The position numbers and the translations under genes are program-made. Positions 28,302 to 40,920 of a stretch of DNA of 64,000 bases are shown here, piece after piece. The number at the start of each line of letters is the position of its first letter. Position 1 is the stretch's first letter. The DNA lies in contig OZ059899.1 of NCBI GenBank assembly GCA_964057225.1, positions 11,966,001-12,030,000 of the forward strand, in the 5' to 3' direction. Below the pieces are notes generated by a model. It did no database searches and was not told the origin of the DNA. It worked only from the letters and a program-made list of their open reading frames with translations. Source of the DNA: Auanema rhodensis (lineage: Eukaryota; Animalia; Nematoda).

Positions 28302-31300
28302 TTTGTTTATATGAAAAAAATCAAATACATATATATACATATACATATATACAACATTATAAGTTGAAAATTTTGATATCATTATGTAAATATGCAAAGA
28401 AAATTCTCGATTTGATGTATAGTAGCCTTTCTGCTTCTTCAATTCCACCATTAACCAAAATTTGTTTCAGCCTATTTTGTACAAAATACCTGTGATAATG
28501 CTTGCTGTTTTTCATGTATAAATTTTTTTAAAATCAATATAATACTAGACTGGTACGTAGTCGCATATCTGATATTTTGGTGTAGATAAAGTATTAGTGG
28601 GGCGTGAACTTCAAAAGAACATTTTTCTTTAGTTTTTATATTTAGATGATTATAAATATTATACTCTATAAACAAATGAATATTAAATTGTATACCACAC
28701 TTCTAACGAGAAAAATCTATTATAAACACAAACAAATAGCTGTTAGTTTCCTGAGTTATTTTTGCATTAGCTTCTCCACCTTCCTATGCTCTATCTACCA
28801 ACAACCAAATAACAAACAATATCTTTTCACTTTACAAATTGCTAATTTTTCTAATAAAGCTGTTCAAACTAGGCTTATATGCAATTTCTCAAGCGTCATC
28901 ATTTTGATCAATGTGCAAAAATATGAAAATAGCCAAATGAGACTTTACAAAAACGAAGCCCTTTAGCATCATATTTCTTGAAGTCTTATGATGTAGTTGA
29001 TCTTTTAAGTCTTATTATAACGAAGGATTTCAGCCTCTAAATAAGATTTTTTGTGATAAACCTCGTATATAGGACATGGTCTCAGTATAACTGTTGTGTT
29101 TATTAGGGTCTGCTTGGAATATTTCTCTAAACAAGAAATACGATGAGAGAGAGAGATTCTTGTTAATAGTTGAAGAATTCTGACTATATACATATGTGTA
29201 TGTACATATATGGATGAATGTGTCTGCGTGCATCACCCAAAAGACATCTTAAGTGAATTTTCTAAGTTGATTATGTGTAAATTGAACCGAAGAACCAATG
29301 AGCCTTCTTTTTAAGATTCTTTTTTGTTTCTTTTTCAACTTTTTTGCCTTTGCATAAATTACTTTCTAAAAAAAATCAATGAATGATTGAAAAAGTGGAG
29401 CAAACTCTAGAGATCTATATGAGTTGAAGCATTTATTTGAAATGAAAAAACATGTATCTTTATATAAATATATATCACTCAACATAAGTTATTATCAATA
29501 GTCCTTTTAGGTAAAAACTTGAGTATGAGTCGACATGTCAGTAGCCGATATAATTAGCTTAATAAGAGTTCTAAAGTGAATACTGGAAAAGAGGACAAAT
29601 AGAAAGTAAAATTGGAGAGAAAAACGAATGAATCCAAATGCTCTCTGGTCAGCTTTCATTTAGCATTTTGTGACATGTATGTAGATTCATGTATGCATAT
29701 CTCTATATTATTTGTATTATTCTGAATATAACGAAAAAAGAATTGACACTAGGAAACATTAGCTTATATTCATACTGTATATCTATGTATGTGCTCTTAC
29801 AAAATCATTCAAATGCCAAAATGAACGTTCATCTGCAATATATACCCTGTTTGTTTGAATTGGGAACTTCCGCACGAAATTTTCGTGATAACGTGAACAT
29901 GAAAAAATTCATTTTGCCTTTGATGTGCCCAACAGCCGGTTGCTTTCAAATCTTATTTCACTTTATCGCCAATCTCATACAATTACGGGATTTCTTTTGG
30001 AAAGTGTAAAAAAATGCCATGGATTTTCGAGTCCCAACTGGGCGTTAAATTGGATGGTTACAAGATAATTTGATTAATCGTAAAATGGATTCATTGGCTC
30101 GTAGACGAAACCCCACAAAATGGTACTTGAAAGCAATTCATCAATAGCCCTCTGAGTTTTAATAAACTGTGGAGAAAAAAACATTTGCAAGAGCTCTTTC
30201 ACCAATTCAAACAACAACAACTCTTTTTGATTTTTCTTTGCAGCAATAGTTTCCGACGTTGAATATCCTACCAAACATGAGAAAATTGCAATCATCTAAA
30301 GTTCCGGTGCTTTAGGTAACCGAAAGATCGAACAAAAAGTTCGGTTGTTTTCATATTTATAATAATAATTCAAACCAACTCCCTTGAGATAAATTAGTAG
30401 TTCTTACCATAATCTTAGCAAAGTTTGTATTTAAGTAGGTACCCCTCTGTTGTCCAGCTCTGAATTCAAAATCGAAACTACAAAACATCTTTTCTCCATT
30501 CAATAAAAGACTGAAAGATTAATAAATTTAAGCAATGTTATAGCCCAAACTATTTAAAGTTGAAAAATGTATTTTAGAACATTTATATTCCAACTTTGAT
30601 CTATATGAAGAAAGGCGGAAGAATTAAAAACTTTGATAAGCATTATACGACGTAGACAGTCTAATATGAAATATCATAAGGTGATTATGAAGCAAGATGA
30701 AATCAGAAGGCGGAAATATATATATAGTATATATATATATATATGTATGCATTTATGTGAACAAACGAGAATTCAATGATGAATAAGAGTTATTTGGTTA
30801 GAAATTTGAAATCAGAAGAAGCCTTTGTCCGTTCAGATAGAAAAATTTCATTTCAGCTATCAGCTTCTTCGAGGTCTTCTGAATCCTTTCACTCATATCC
30901 ATTTTACTTTTTTAGTCGAATTTCATAATTTGATTATTAAATAGCGTACAACTCGTGCAATGTAAATACAAATAAAAGATTGGACTACTATCGTTGGCAT
31001 AAGCTGTGAACTTTTTTTTCTTCATTTCCATCTATTTGGGAGAATGTAACATTTAAATTCTAGTAGCAAATTAAGGAAAGTGTTTGAGATTTGAATAAAA
31101 TAAAATTTTTGAAGCGGAAAAAGGAAACTGACCAAGCTTTCTGGTGCTTGGAAGATTAATAATATCCTATGTGAAAATATTATTTTAACAAAAAAAACAT
31201 AAAAATGAAAACTGACAGCTTGGAATGATAACATTTTCGAAAGAAAAAATATGTATAGCTGAAACATATGTAGCGTCTATGATGTGACATTGATTCATCA

Positions 31301-31754
31301 AAGCATGAATTTTCGGAACAAAAATGAGCACAAAAGTTTTTTTGCCAAATATTTCTGCTGAGATACGAAACACAAAAATATAAGATTTGCTAATAATTTT
31401 TTAATTGTAATGTGAATGCTATGACCTCTCTGATATATATTTTTTCAAATTTAAAAGAAAATCTCTTATTCTTGAGGTTCTCAAATTACAAATATATATA
31501 TTTTATAAGCCGTTCTCAGAGGCTGTCTGACTCTCATACACATATGCCTTGTGAATAAGCTGAAGCTATGCGCATACTTTTGGGAAAAAAGTTTTTACTT
31601 GAAAAAAAAATTATTTGTTATTACATATTCATGTTATATCTCATATATCGTCTAAAATCGAAGTTCTTCAGGATTTCATTTCGTTTTCAGATCCCCTTCG
31701 GAATCTTTTTATTCAGCTCTATTCAAGCACTTGGCTTGTAGCTGAGGGGAGGCA

Positions 31755-31801
31755 GGGGGCGGAGCTAGACGCTGACGAAGCCGTTAGCGACGTCGTCAGC
31801 G
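31755..31801 (+). promoter_or_regulatory. GC box plus inverted CRE half-sites upstream of the secreted proprotein gene
   Basis: GGGGCGGAG at 31756-31764 and the inverted repeat CGCTGACGA...TCGTCAGCG (31770-31801) sit in a local GC-rich island about 550 bp before the ATG at 32355. Confidence 0.45.
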
Positions 31802-32354
31802 ACAAACCTTCAGATGGCCTGCCCCTCTGAGCCTAGGCTGAGTGTGCTGTTGTGTAAGCGTGACTGCCAGTAGTCTGTTCATTCGCTAGGTCCTATCAGA
31901 AGAGCCTTGTGTCCGAAACGAAGACAATTATCACATCCGCTTAACATCTTCACTGATTTATTCATTTTTCCTATAAAAAACCAAATTATTGATTGTCCTA
32001 TCAGACTTTCAGTTGGTTTTCTAAGTCTTCATTCATCTGAATTATTCCATTTCAATAAACATTTCATATCACATTGGCATATACACTGAGTATATCCACG
32101 TGATTTGCCAAAAAAGGCTAATTATCGAAGCTTGGAGGAAGGAAACGATAGATCAAATCACGTTCCATCCTATCTACACACACACACACTAAACTATCAA
32201 TACCGTTATATTCCATCAGCTTATTCAACTTTCTAATTCATCATCTATTCATTGAACTAGCTATCGTCACTACTTTTCTGAGTTTATCTGTTAATCATTC
32301 CCATAATTTTTGTGAAAAACAGCAATCCATTAAATCGTCTATATTCATATAACT

Positions 32355-32910
32355 ATGGTTCGATTCCTTACTATCATCAGTCTTATACTTATTGGAGCTT
32401 ATCTTACATCAGCTGCTCCAGCTGTATCTAGTGTGAGTTCATCAATATCTAAAAAATTCTTTTTTTTTTCTATAATTTCATATGAAATCGTAAACTTTAT
32501 TTTTGAGAAAATACATCCGAATGCGATAACATTAAGCTATTACGTGATTCTGTTTTATTAGAACGTGATATACCTAATATCTTCTGGCTTTTGGCTATTG
32601 TTAGATCATCTGTCCACCTGTGTTTCATTCTTTTCCCTATTCTTTCATTCAAATATAAGTTGAATGCTCATTTGAGTTAATTTCATTTCTATCCATTGCG
32701 ATTAGTTCGTTTGGAATTATTTTTTTCCAAAATAAAGAGGATTAGGAGAAAAAAGCGTTAAAGCTGGAGACCAATCACTACCTCGTATTATATTGCTGTT
32801 GGTAGAATAACTGAACATCTTTTACCTTTCATTCTTCTATATATAGAATTGGAATATTTTATAAACATTTTGTGTTCTAAACAGAGAGAAAATAAATGAA
32901 GAGGACACAA

Positions 32911-32941
<31 letters not shown>

Positions 32942-34232
32942 CAGAGAGAGGGGGGGAGAGAGAAAGAGAGCTAGTTGGTGGTGGCTAGCGAGAGGACGTG
33001 AAAGAAAAGGTCAGAAAACAACAGAATATTGTATTCACTATTCTGTACTACTTTAAAAAGCTTTTTTGAATAAATAGTTATTTCTGGCAGGTTATTCGAC
33101 TAACCTATCCGTAATTATACAACTTAAAGCTGAAGCTTCAAAAGCTTTTTCTAAGCTATAAATGAAAAAAGATTGCATTTAGGAATACTTTTTGACCTTC
33201 TCATTTCGGTAACCCGGGATTTCAATGCTTTTTGTGTTTTATATTCAAAGTACTGAGGAAAATTGAAAATTATCGTAGGAATGGATATTTAAACGGAAAT
33301 TCAAAAGCAATTTATTAGTCGACGGAGGTACCAGAGATCGAACTGCGAGAGGATAAGACATTCATGAGAAGATATATATAGGAAATTGAAAAACAGCTTG
33401 TTGAACCTTCATATAGTGACTACTATTTCCATTTTTTTGTCCAAACATTGTTTTTGAACCTTGACTTGTCCATCAGATGGTCTTACAAACAAGCCTAAAA
33501 AGTTCGACAAGTCACAAGAAGAGAGTGTGTCTGCCTGTGAGCCAGAGGAAGTAGTATAAGGGGGGTCCTTGAGAGCAAGGATTACTGAAGAGAGAAAGAG
33601 TAAGCAATAGAGAGGGTGGAAGAGCGAGAGAAAGAGAGAATGAGACAACGAACTTGATGTTGGTCACGCCTAGTATTGCCTTTAGATAATATTGCTTTGA
33701 GCCCATAGCACGGACAAATTAATAAAATAAGCTGAAAAGTTCAATAGCATATCCTGAGTAGAATAGAAAACAGATCTAGATAAAGGTAGAGGAAGAGGAA
33801 AAGAATGATTGGGGGAAAGCGAATAAAGGGCTTTTCCATTACAACTTTGAAAAGTTGTGAGAGCATCAGCGATTGAGATCGGAAACGCGAGTACCAATAC
33901 TCCTACTACTCCTACCACTACTTTTCCATATATTCGATAGCTGGAACATTATATAATTTCTATAAATATCTTTTTACGAGAATATTACATCAGATTTTTA
34001 AAGATAAAACATTCCAAAAACAGGAAAAAGGAAAAATAGTTAAGAACGAATAAGAGCATACGTGATGAAATTATGTCAAGAGATTAGAAGAAAAAGTAAA
34101 TTTGTGCCTTTCTATGAGTACTAGAAAATATTGGAAATCCGATTCTCATTATTCCATTTGCATCATTTATGCCATCGTCTTTCTAGCTTTCAGATTTTTG
34201 ATCGAATTTTCATATATGCACCTCTCTCTTTC

Positions 34233-34279
<47 letters not shown>

Positions 34280-37200
34280 CCATCTATCTATCCCTTCCTT
34301 TTCAATAGATCTTGGTGCTATCTCAATATGTCCTTTTCCTTGCTTTTTCCTTTTTTTTCTGCATTTTTCTCATTAAAGGCTTGTAATTCTATAGCGAGAA
34401 CCTTCACATCTCATCTGACTCCATTCCTAGTTATATTGTGATCTCTGCCCTTAAATGTACACTACCCATTTGACTTATATTCTCACATCGTCTACATACA
34501 TACATATCTCTGCGTTGCTTTGTTCAATTTCATTTTAAGAAGAAAGATAGAAGAGATGATTTGACGGCTTCAGCTGTCAAAAGATAGTGAAAAAATGCCT
34601 TCAGACTATTACGGAACTCCGATTAGCAATGATCAAATGGCTTTCTAGTTAAATTGAACACTCTGTTCCAAAACCCGACCAAACAAGTCTGAATTGAGCT
34701 GTGCCGTGGCAGCTTTTCACAGGAAATTTGATTTGGTTATATGTAATTATACAATATGTAGAGCTATTTGGTATGCAAAAACTTTCAATTAAAAGTTCAC
34801 GTAAAATGCACTTTCGTTTCAAACTCACGTGTTAATAGCTGACAAACTGTATGAAACTTTTCAAGAAAACACAAGCATTTCCGGAACTTTTGTGAAGAAA
34901 CAATGAAGATGTGACTGCAGTCGGTCACTGTTTCGAGTTTTACTTCAAAGATTATAGCTCAAATCATTTTACTATTATTTTTAATTAAGCTATATGTTAT
35001 AAATAACAATTTATACATGTATGATATTAAGTACTATTGTCCTTTTATAAAATAGTAAATAGTTGTAATAGTGCTTCAGTAATTGGAGCAAAATATACAT
35101 TTTATTGGACCTCTGCCAAATAACAAAGATAATTCTCAATCATCTTCTTCTTATCACTTTTTTTTTGAAAAGTGATCCTAATCTAAATCATCATTAGTAT
35201 TAATGAAAAGTTCACCGGATGAAAAACCTACATGGTTATAACCAATTGTCCTCCACCCTTCTTTCCACGTTTTCATCCTCTTCTTCTGTCTTCAGTTTTG
35301 TTCAGTCTTCTGTCTTCTGTCTTATGTCATGGGCTTCTTTCCTATTACATTACTCTTAATCAAAGAGCTTGAATTACTACTTGAAACCTTTTTTACAACT
35401 TAACGCAATAACAAGTGAAAATATCGAAATAAATTGGGATAAACGTTATTTGATTGCAATTATGTAGATAAAAAATTTTTTTTGAATTGAAAATAGAGCA
35501 CATCTGCTGCTTATTATCTACGAATTCATTTCCTTCTTCTTTATTTTTTTTTGGTTTAAAAGGCAATATAAGGAGAAAAGAGGAAAACAAAACGTTCTTG
35601 CAAAGCTTTTCATTATTGTCAAATTTCTAAAACTGTAATTATTTTATAACCAAAAATGGATGAGCCAATTTAGAGTATGACTGGGGGAAAAGGGGCGTGC
35701 ATAGTAGCCGTCTCCTTGAGCTTTTTCTCCATTTGTATTTCTGTGCGAATTACTCATATTACTGACGGCTGATGACAAGATTTTTTTGTTCACAAATTCA
35801 TTTAATTGGTTAATTTTTGAAAAAAAAAACGAGGAAAAGCTCTTTGTATGTAACACGATAAGAAGATAAAGGATTTTTTTTTCTGAAACAAGAAAAACAA
35901 GTAGCAATCCTCTCTTCTTTCTTTTACTCCTCTGCTTTTGCTAGAAATTTTACATTTTGTTTTGTCTTCTTTCGGTGCCGTTACTATTAAATCTGGGCGA
36001 CTATAATTGAAAAAAACAGTCAGCTTTCTCGTTTTCTCCCAATATAAATAAATATTTCTATATCTAGTATATAGTATATAGATTGAAAAAAAGACTATTA
36101 CTGCTAAAGATTATTTTTGGAAAATTGAAAGTTTGAAAGGAAATGCATACATGAAAAAGCAAAAGCATCACCACCAAAACATTGTCTTCATACTATTATG
36201 TAATTCAAAATTAATTTTTCTTTCTTTTTCTGTCACTTTCTCTCTCTCTCTCTTTCGCGCTCTCTCTCTCTCGCTCCCTCTCTCTCCTCTCTCTCTCTCT
36301 CTCTCTCATATACATATGTATATGGCTTAAAGATATATGTATGTAGTATATTGAAAAAGAAGAAAAGAATGAACCATACATGAATCTGAATCTGCGCCTG
36401 TTGTAACTCATTCTATACAAATTATATTCAGTTTATCAATTATAGTAATGGATGTGAATGAATGTAAATGAGCTTAACTATCCAGATGCTTCCACTAAAT
36501 TGAATTTTTCAAACAAAAAAGCGAAAGATTTACAGAAATGAATGAACATACATACATGTACATACATATGTATGTTCTTTTAGTTCTTTTTAAAAATCAG
36601 ATTCTGATGAAGTGAAACCTTTTAGAGGATATCTCTTCTCTTTATACACATTATATAGCATTAATGCTTTAATGCCCGTAATTCTCGTAATGCGACAAAC
36701 TTAACGAATCAATATTGTGGGACTGAGAAAGCATTTTTCAACTTTTCGATTATATAATTGGAATTACGTTGGAATAAAATCTTATTAGTGAAACATACAT
36801 TATTTCATAACTTATGTTATTATGTTTTGAAAATAATATTTTTCATTCTTCGAAAAAGACAATTAATGACGGAAAATGGAGGACATTTGAAGGACGAAAG
36901 AATAAATAATCATTTTAGAAATTAAATTTTCTTCTTATATGCTTATAATACTACGTATTAAATGTAATAAATATAATAATCTTCTTTACAGAACAACAAA
37001 GTGTCAGCTTCCAAGAAAAGTCATGTCGCCTCCGAGTCAAAACATGGTTAGTTATCTTCCTCAACCTGTGAAGTGAAACTTTAATTCCTCCTTTCAGCTG
37101 CTGGTACTGGTGCGGCACGAAGCTTGAAGCGTGGTAAACGAGATGTATTAGCTACATTAAATGATGAAGAAGAAAAAGCATTAATTGATGAGCTCTCCGG

Positions 37201-38839
37201 TAATTTGTGAAAAATAATTTAAATTTCGAATTAAATTTTAATTATTCCTGAAAAGAAAAAAACCTTTGAACTTTATTATTTCTATGTTAAACAGCTATGC
37301 AATTGAGTTTTTATAATGAGCAATATTTAAAAACGTTTTTGCAAATGCCATGTGAGATGTGGAAGTTGCCACACCATCATAACATGAGCTCAAGCTGATT
37401 ACATAAAGTTCAAACAACTTATGTACAACTAATGAGACAGAAATCAAACTGCCTGTTGTTTAAAAAGGAAAGCTTTTAGCCTTTTTACTCAAATTGAACT
37501 CTGTGTTAAAGCTTTCCCGAATGCTTTTATGCTTCGGGCATTGAAAAATGAGTCTTTCAATAGCATTTAGCCTAGAGCCTAGCAAATTGTTTCATTGGCT
37601 CATATTGAGAAGCACATGTCCACATTCGCTGGAAATAGCTTTCGCATTTCGGAAAAAACGTCTTCTAGCTGTCTTATCGAGAATACTCTTGAGTACTGGC
37701 ACTTCCTATTCTGGTAAGAGAGAATAAAAAAAAGGAATTTAGTTGAGCAAAAAAAATCTGATGTTGTTTGATGTTGAAGAATCTAAACAAATATTCAAAT
37801 AACCACTGATGATTGTTGTAACGAAATATTTTGTGCTTCAAAGCAAAAATAAAAACTACTTATGTACAACTACTTCTTATGAAAATCTATAAGAAAGAAT
37901 ATTCGAAGCTCAAACTATAAAAAATGAAAAATCATATATGCAATTTACATTTTATTGAGAACGACTTCCTATTTCTTGGAAATTCATATTTGCGCAGGAT
38001 TAATTTTCGAATTTTTTAGTTCAGTAAAGAAAGAATAAACACTAACCTTCAGTTTTCTAAATTATTATTTGAAAAACGAGAGATACAACCGTTTGAGTTG
38101 ACTGCAATAAGGAAAATGAGATATCATTTGCATGTCATATGATTATGTCAATACCGTGATTTGGCAATATTTCAGTGACAGATCGTTTTTCAAAATAAAA
38201 ATTATTTCCTTTTCTTGTGTATTAATGATCAAATATTAGTAAATAATATAACATTTTATTATTATTTTATTATTGCAGAATTATCTGATAATGAGTTGAG
38301 AATTCTGAGCGCATATGTAGCTGGTGGAGTTACACCAGAAGTTATTACGGAGGACGATGAACTAGATGGCGACGAAATCTTGTTCGTTCCTGATTCTCCA
38401 ACTGAAGAAATTTATGAAATTGTGGAAGTACCAGATGAACTCATTGAAGGTTAGAAAACCAATTATACCAGAAAGGGAATGATGTTTTAATTCAGAACCG
38501 ATTGTGCTCCCACGCGATCGTCGAGCACTTTTAGAAGAGCTTGATGAATTGAATGATGCACCTGAAGGGGCCGAAATTGAAGAAATTCCTGCTCCGGTGA
38601 TTATTGAACAAGTTATTCCTATTGAAGAAGATCTTGAAGATGATGATTTTCAAGTGGAGGTTAGTGATGATGACGAGGATCTCTTGTATATAAAATTTTA
38701 GAACCCTATCATTATTCCTGAGCCAGTGATGGAAAAGTTGGTTGAAGAGGAAATTGAAGATATGGAATTGGAATCAAGAATTAGAGAAATGGCCAACATA
38801 TTGAATGAAAGGGTTTCCCGGGACCAGGCTCAGTACTAA
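32355..38839 (+). CDS. Secreted, highly acidic proprotein of unknown family (signal peptide, RGKR and RDRR convertase sites); 6 exons
   Basis: Exons at about 32355-32422, 36992-37046, 37098-37199, 38279-38449, 38496-38659 and 38702-38839 join in frame through GT-AG junctions. The product reads MVRFLTIISLILIGAYLTSAAP...RSLKRGKRDV...PRDRRAL...ELESRIREMANILNERVSRDQAQY*. Confidence 0.8.
32911..32970. repeat. (GA)n microsatellite
   Basis: Visible GA dinucleotide run in intron 1 of the secreted-protein gene. Confidence 0.9.
34222..34275. repeat. (CT)n microsatellite
   Basis: Visible CT dinucleotide run. Confidence 0.9.
36239..36307. repeat. (CT)n microsatellite
   Basis: Visible interrupted CT run. 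Confidence 0.9.
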
Positions 38840-40920
38840 AACGTTTAAGAAAAGTGGAAATTCTACAGGAATCGTGGTCTGAAGTCACCCATTTCATTTG
38901 TTGTTTCTCGTTTGTTCTCCTTGACGCCGGTTCCTAATAACTTGGTTTTGTACAGCTTGAAACATGAAAACGATGTTTGACAAAACTAAGTTAAATTTGC
39001 AGGTTTTCGAGATCTCTTAGATGAGGTTTCGGTCTCTCTTTCTATCTATGTATCTCTGTCTCCCCAATCATCTGTTACCTTCTCTCTCTTTTTCGTTTTT
39101 TTCAAACCAATTCCTTTTTTGACCATCTGTTAAAATGATATCGTTGTTTGATTACAAAAGAATAATTAATTATTTATTTGTTTTTCATAACAAAGATTTA
39201 TTTTTTTATTTTCTTGTTATTCTATCCTCTATCATACTTTCGTAATCTCAAATTCCCATGTAGATTATTCTTATAATTTGTAGTTCTCGTAGAGTAAAAA
39301 CATCATCTAACATTTCTCTCGAACCGTTTTTTTGGTCATATCCTCTTGTTCTACTGGTGTCTTAAGGGAAAAGGTTTTTTTTTACTTTATTCCCATCTAA
39401 CACCAACACATTTTTCTCAAAAAAAAAACAAAAAAAAACAAATATTTCAAATCTATCATAAATCTATATATAGTATAAGTGATTCTATTTCCTTAATAAA
39501 TCTTCCAACCTGTCTACGTCGTCTGTTATTTACAGAAAAATTAATTGAAATACAATACAAAGAGAGAAATCTACAATTATCTTCATAACTACTTTTCTTT
39601 TTAAATTTTTTAATGATCAATAGCATAAAAGCTATCAAATATTTTAAAATTATGCAAATAAAAGAATTTCTATTTTAACTGAATGATATTACAAAGAGCT
39701 GGGTTTAAAACACTTATCTACTTGTATAAATAGTTCTTCAAGTCAATAAATTATTTATATTTGGGTCATTTACTTATTTCAAGTTTTCATATGACTTTTA
39801 CTTAATAAAATCTTCAGGATATTGCTTCATGAAAAACAAATTTTAGCTACTAATATTAGTCGTTCTGTCGTCTGTCGTCTGAATATAACAAGAAACAATT
39901 CTGTTTTCTCTACTAGATTACTAATTCAATGTGAGATTAGAACTCGAACTGCTGTCATATGTTACTATCGAAAACATCACTGGAAAGATTAAAAGATGTT
40001 GTTGCCAATCACCAAGCTTCTAGTAGTTGCAGCAGCAACATGTGCAACAGTAGCAACCGTATATAGAGTACTTCGAATAATTTTCGGAACTTTAAATTCA
40101 TAAAATTTGTAATAATAAATCAAATTAAATCCAAGCTACTTGACAGTTACAATGCATTGCTCTTATAATAAATTATGTTGTTGTTCAGATTAGGTAAAAA
40201 CCAAAAAAAAATAAAAAAAATAAATCAATAACAGATGTGAGCCACATCTTCTTCTTCTTCTTCTTCAGCTCTAGCACGTATGATAAATCCATAACAGAAT
40301 TTTTCTTTTTGTAGTTTCGGATATTGAAAATATCCGAAGAGATCAAAGACCATTTATCAAACTATATCGTATAGCTTTGTTCGAAATATATATTATCTGC
40401 AGTCATTCTGTACTCTTCACACCTGTTGCTTCAATGAATTCTTTTTCCTATTTTACTTGTTTGTCGTCAATTGCAAATTTCAATAACTATCCTATCACAG
40501 CCGGACAATCTCATTTTGAATCCCTACATTCCGATGATCGCCATAACTGCTTCATGGATTTAATCCATAATTGCAATAGTAGACTTGTTAAACCTGCTGT
40601 TATTGTAAATATTAAAGGCTTATGGGCATTTTTTTGCAAAGAATATTAATAAACATCATAGTGATCAACTCTTAGTTATTGGAAATTGCAACAGTTTTGG
40701 ATGTTCGCGACGTACGATTTCGAAATCTATTTCCAGTTTCATTATCATTTTGATAGGTTTGAACCAACCTTTTTGGGTTAAGATGTCGTTGTCATACTAT
40801 ATACTTCTCTGATTTTAAAACAGAATGAACAAAAAAATTTTTCGTACAATATATATATACACATATTTGTGAAAACTATAATTTGAACTATGGCCTATAA
40901 AAATGTAATATGGAGTTTAA

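Noticed and set aside
33409-33918. Minus-strand ORFs with hydrophobic N-termini inside the large intron (possible nested secreted peptides)
   Set aside because: They have non-ATG starts, their hydrophobicity comes from CT/GA low-complexity DNA, and there is no splice-consistent model.
39900-40800. Possible small gene or pseudogene between the secreted-protein and ZF genes
   Set aside because: The frames I examined close quickly, and I found no recognisable domain or consistent exon chain.
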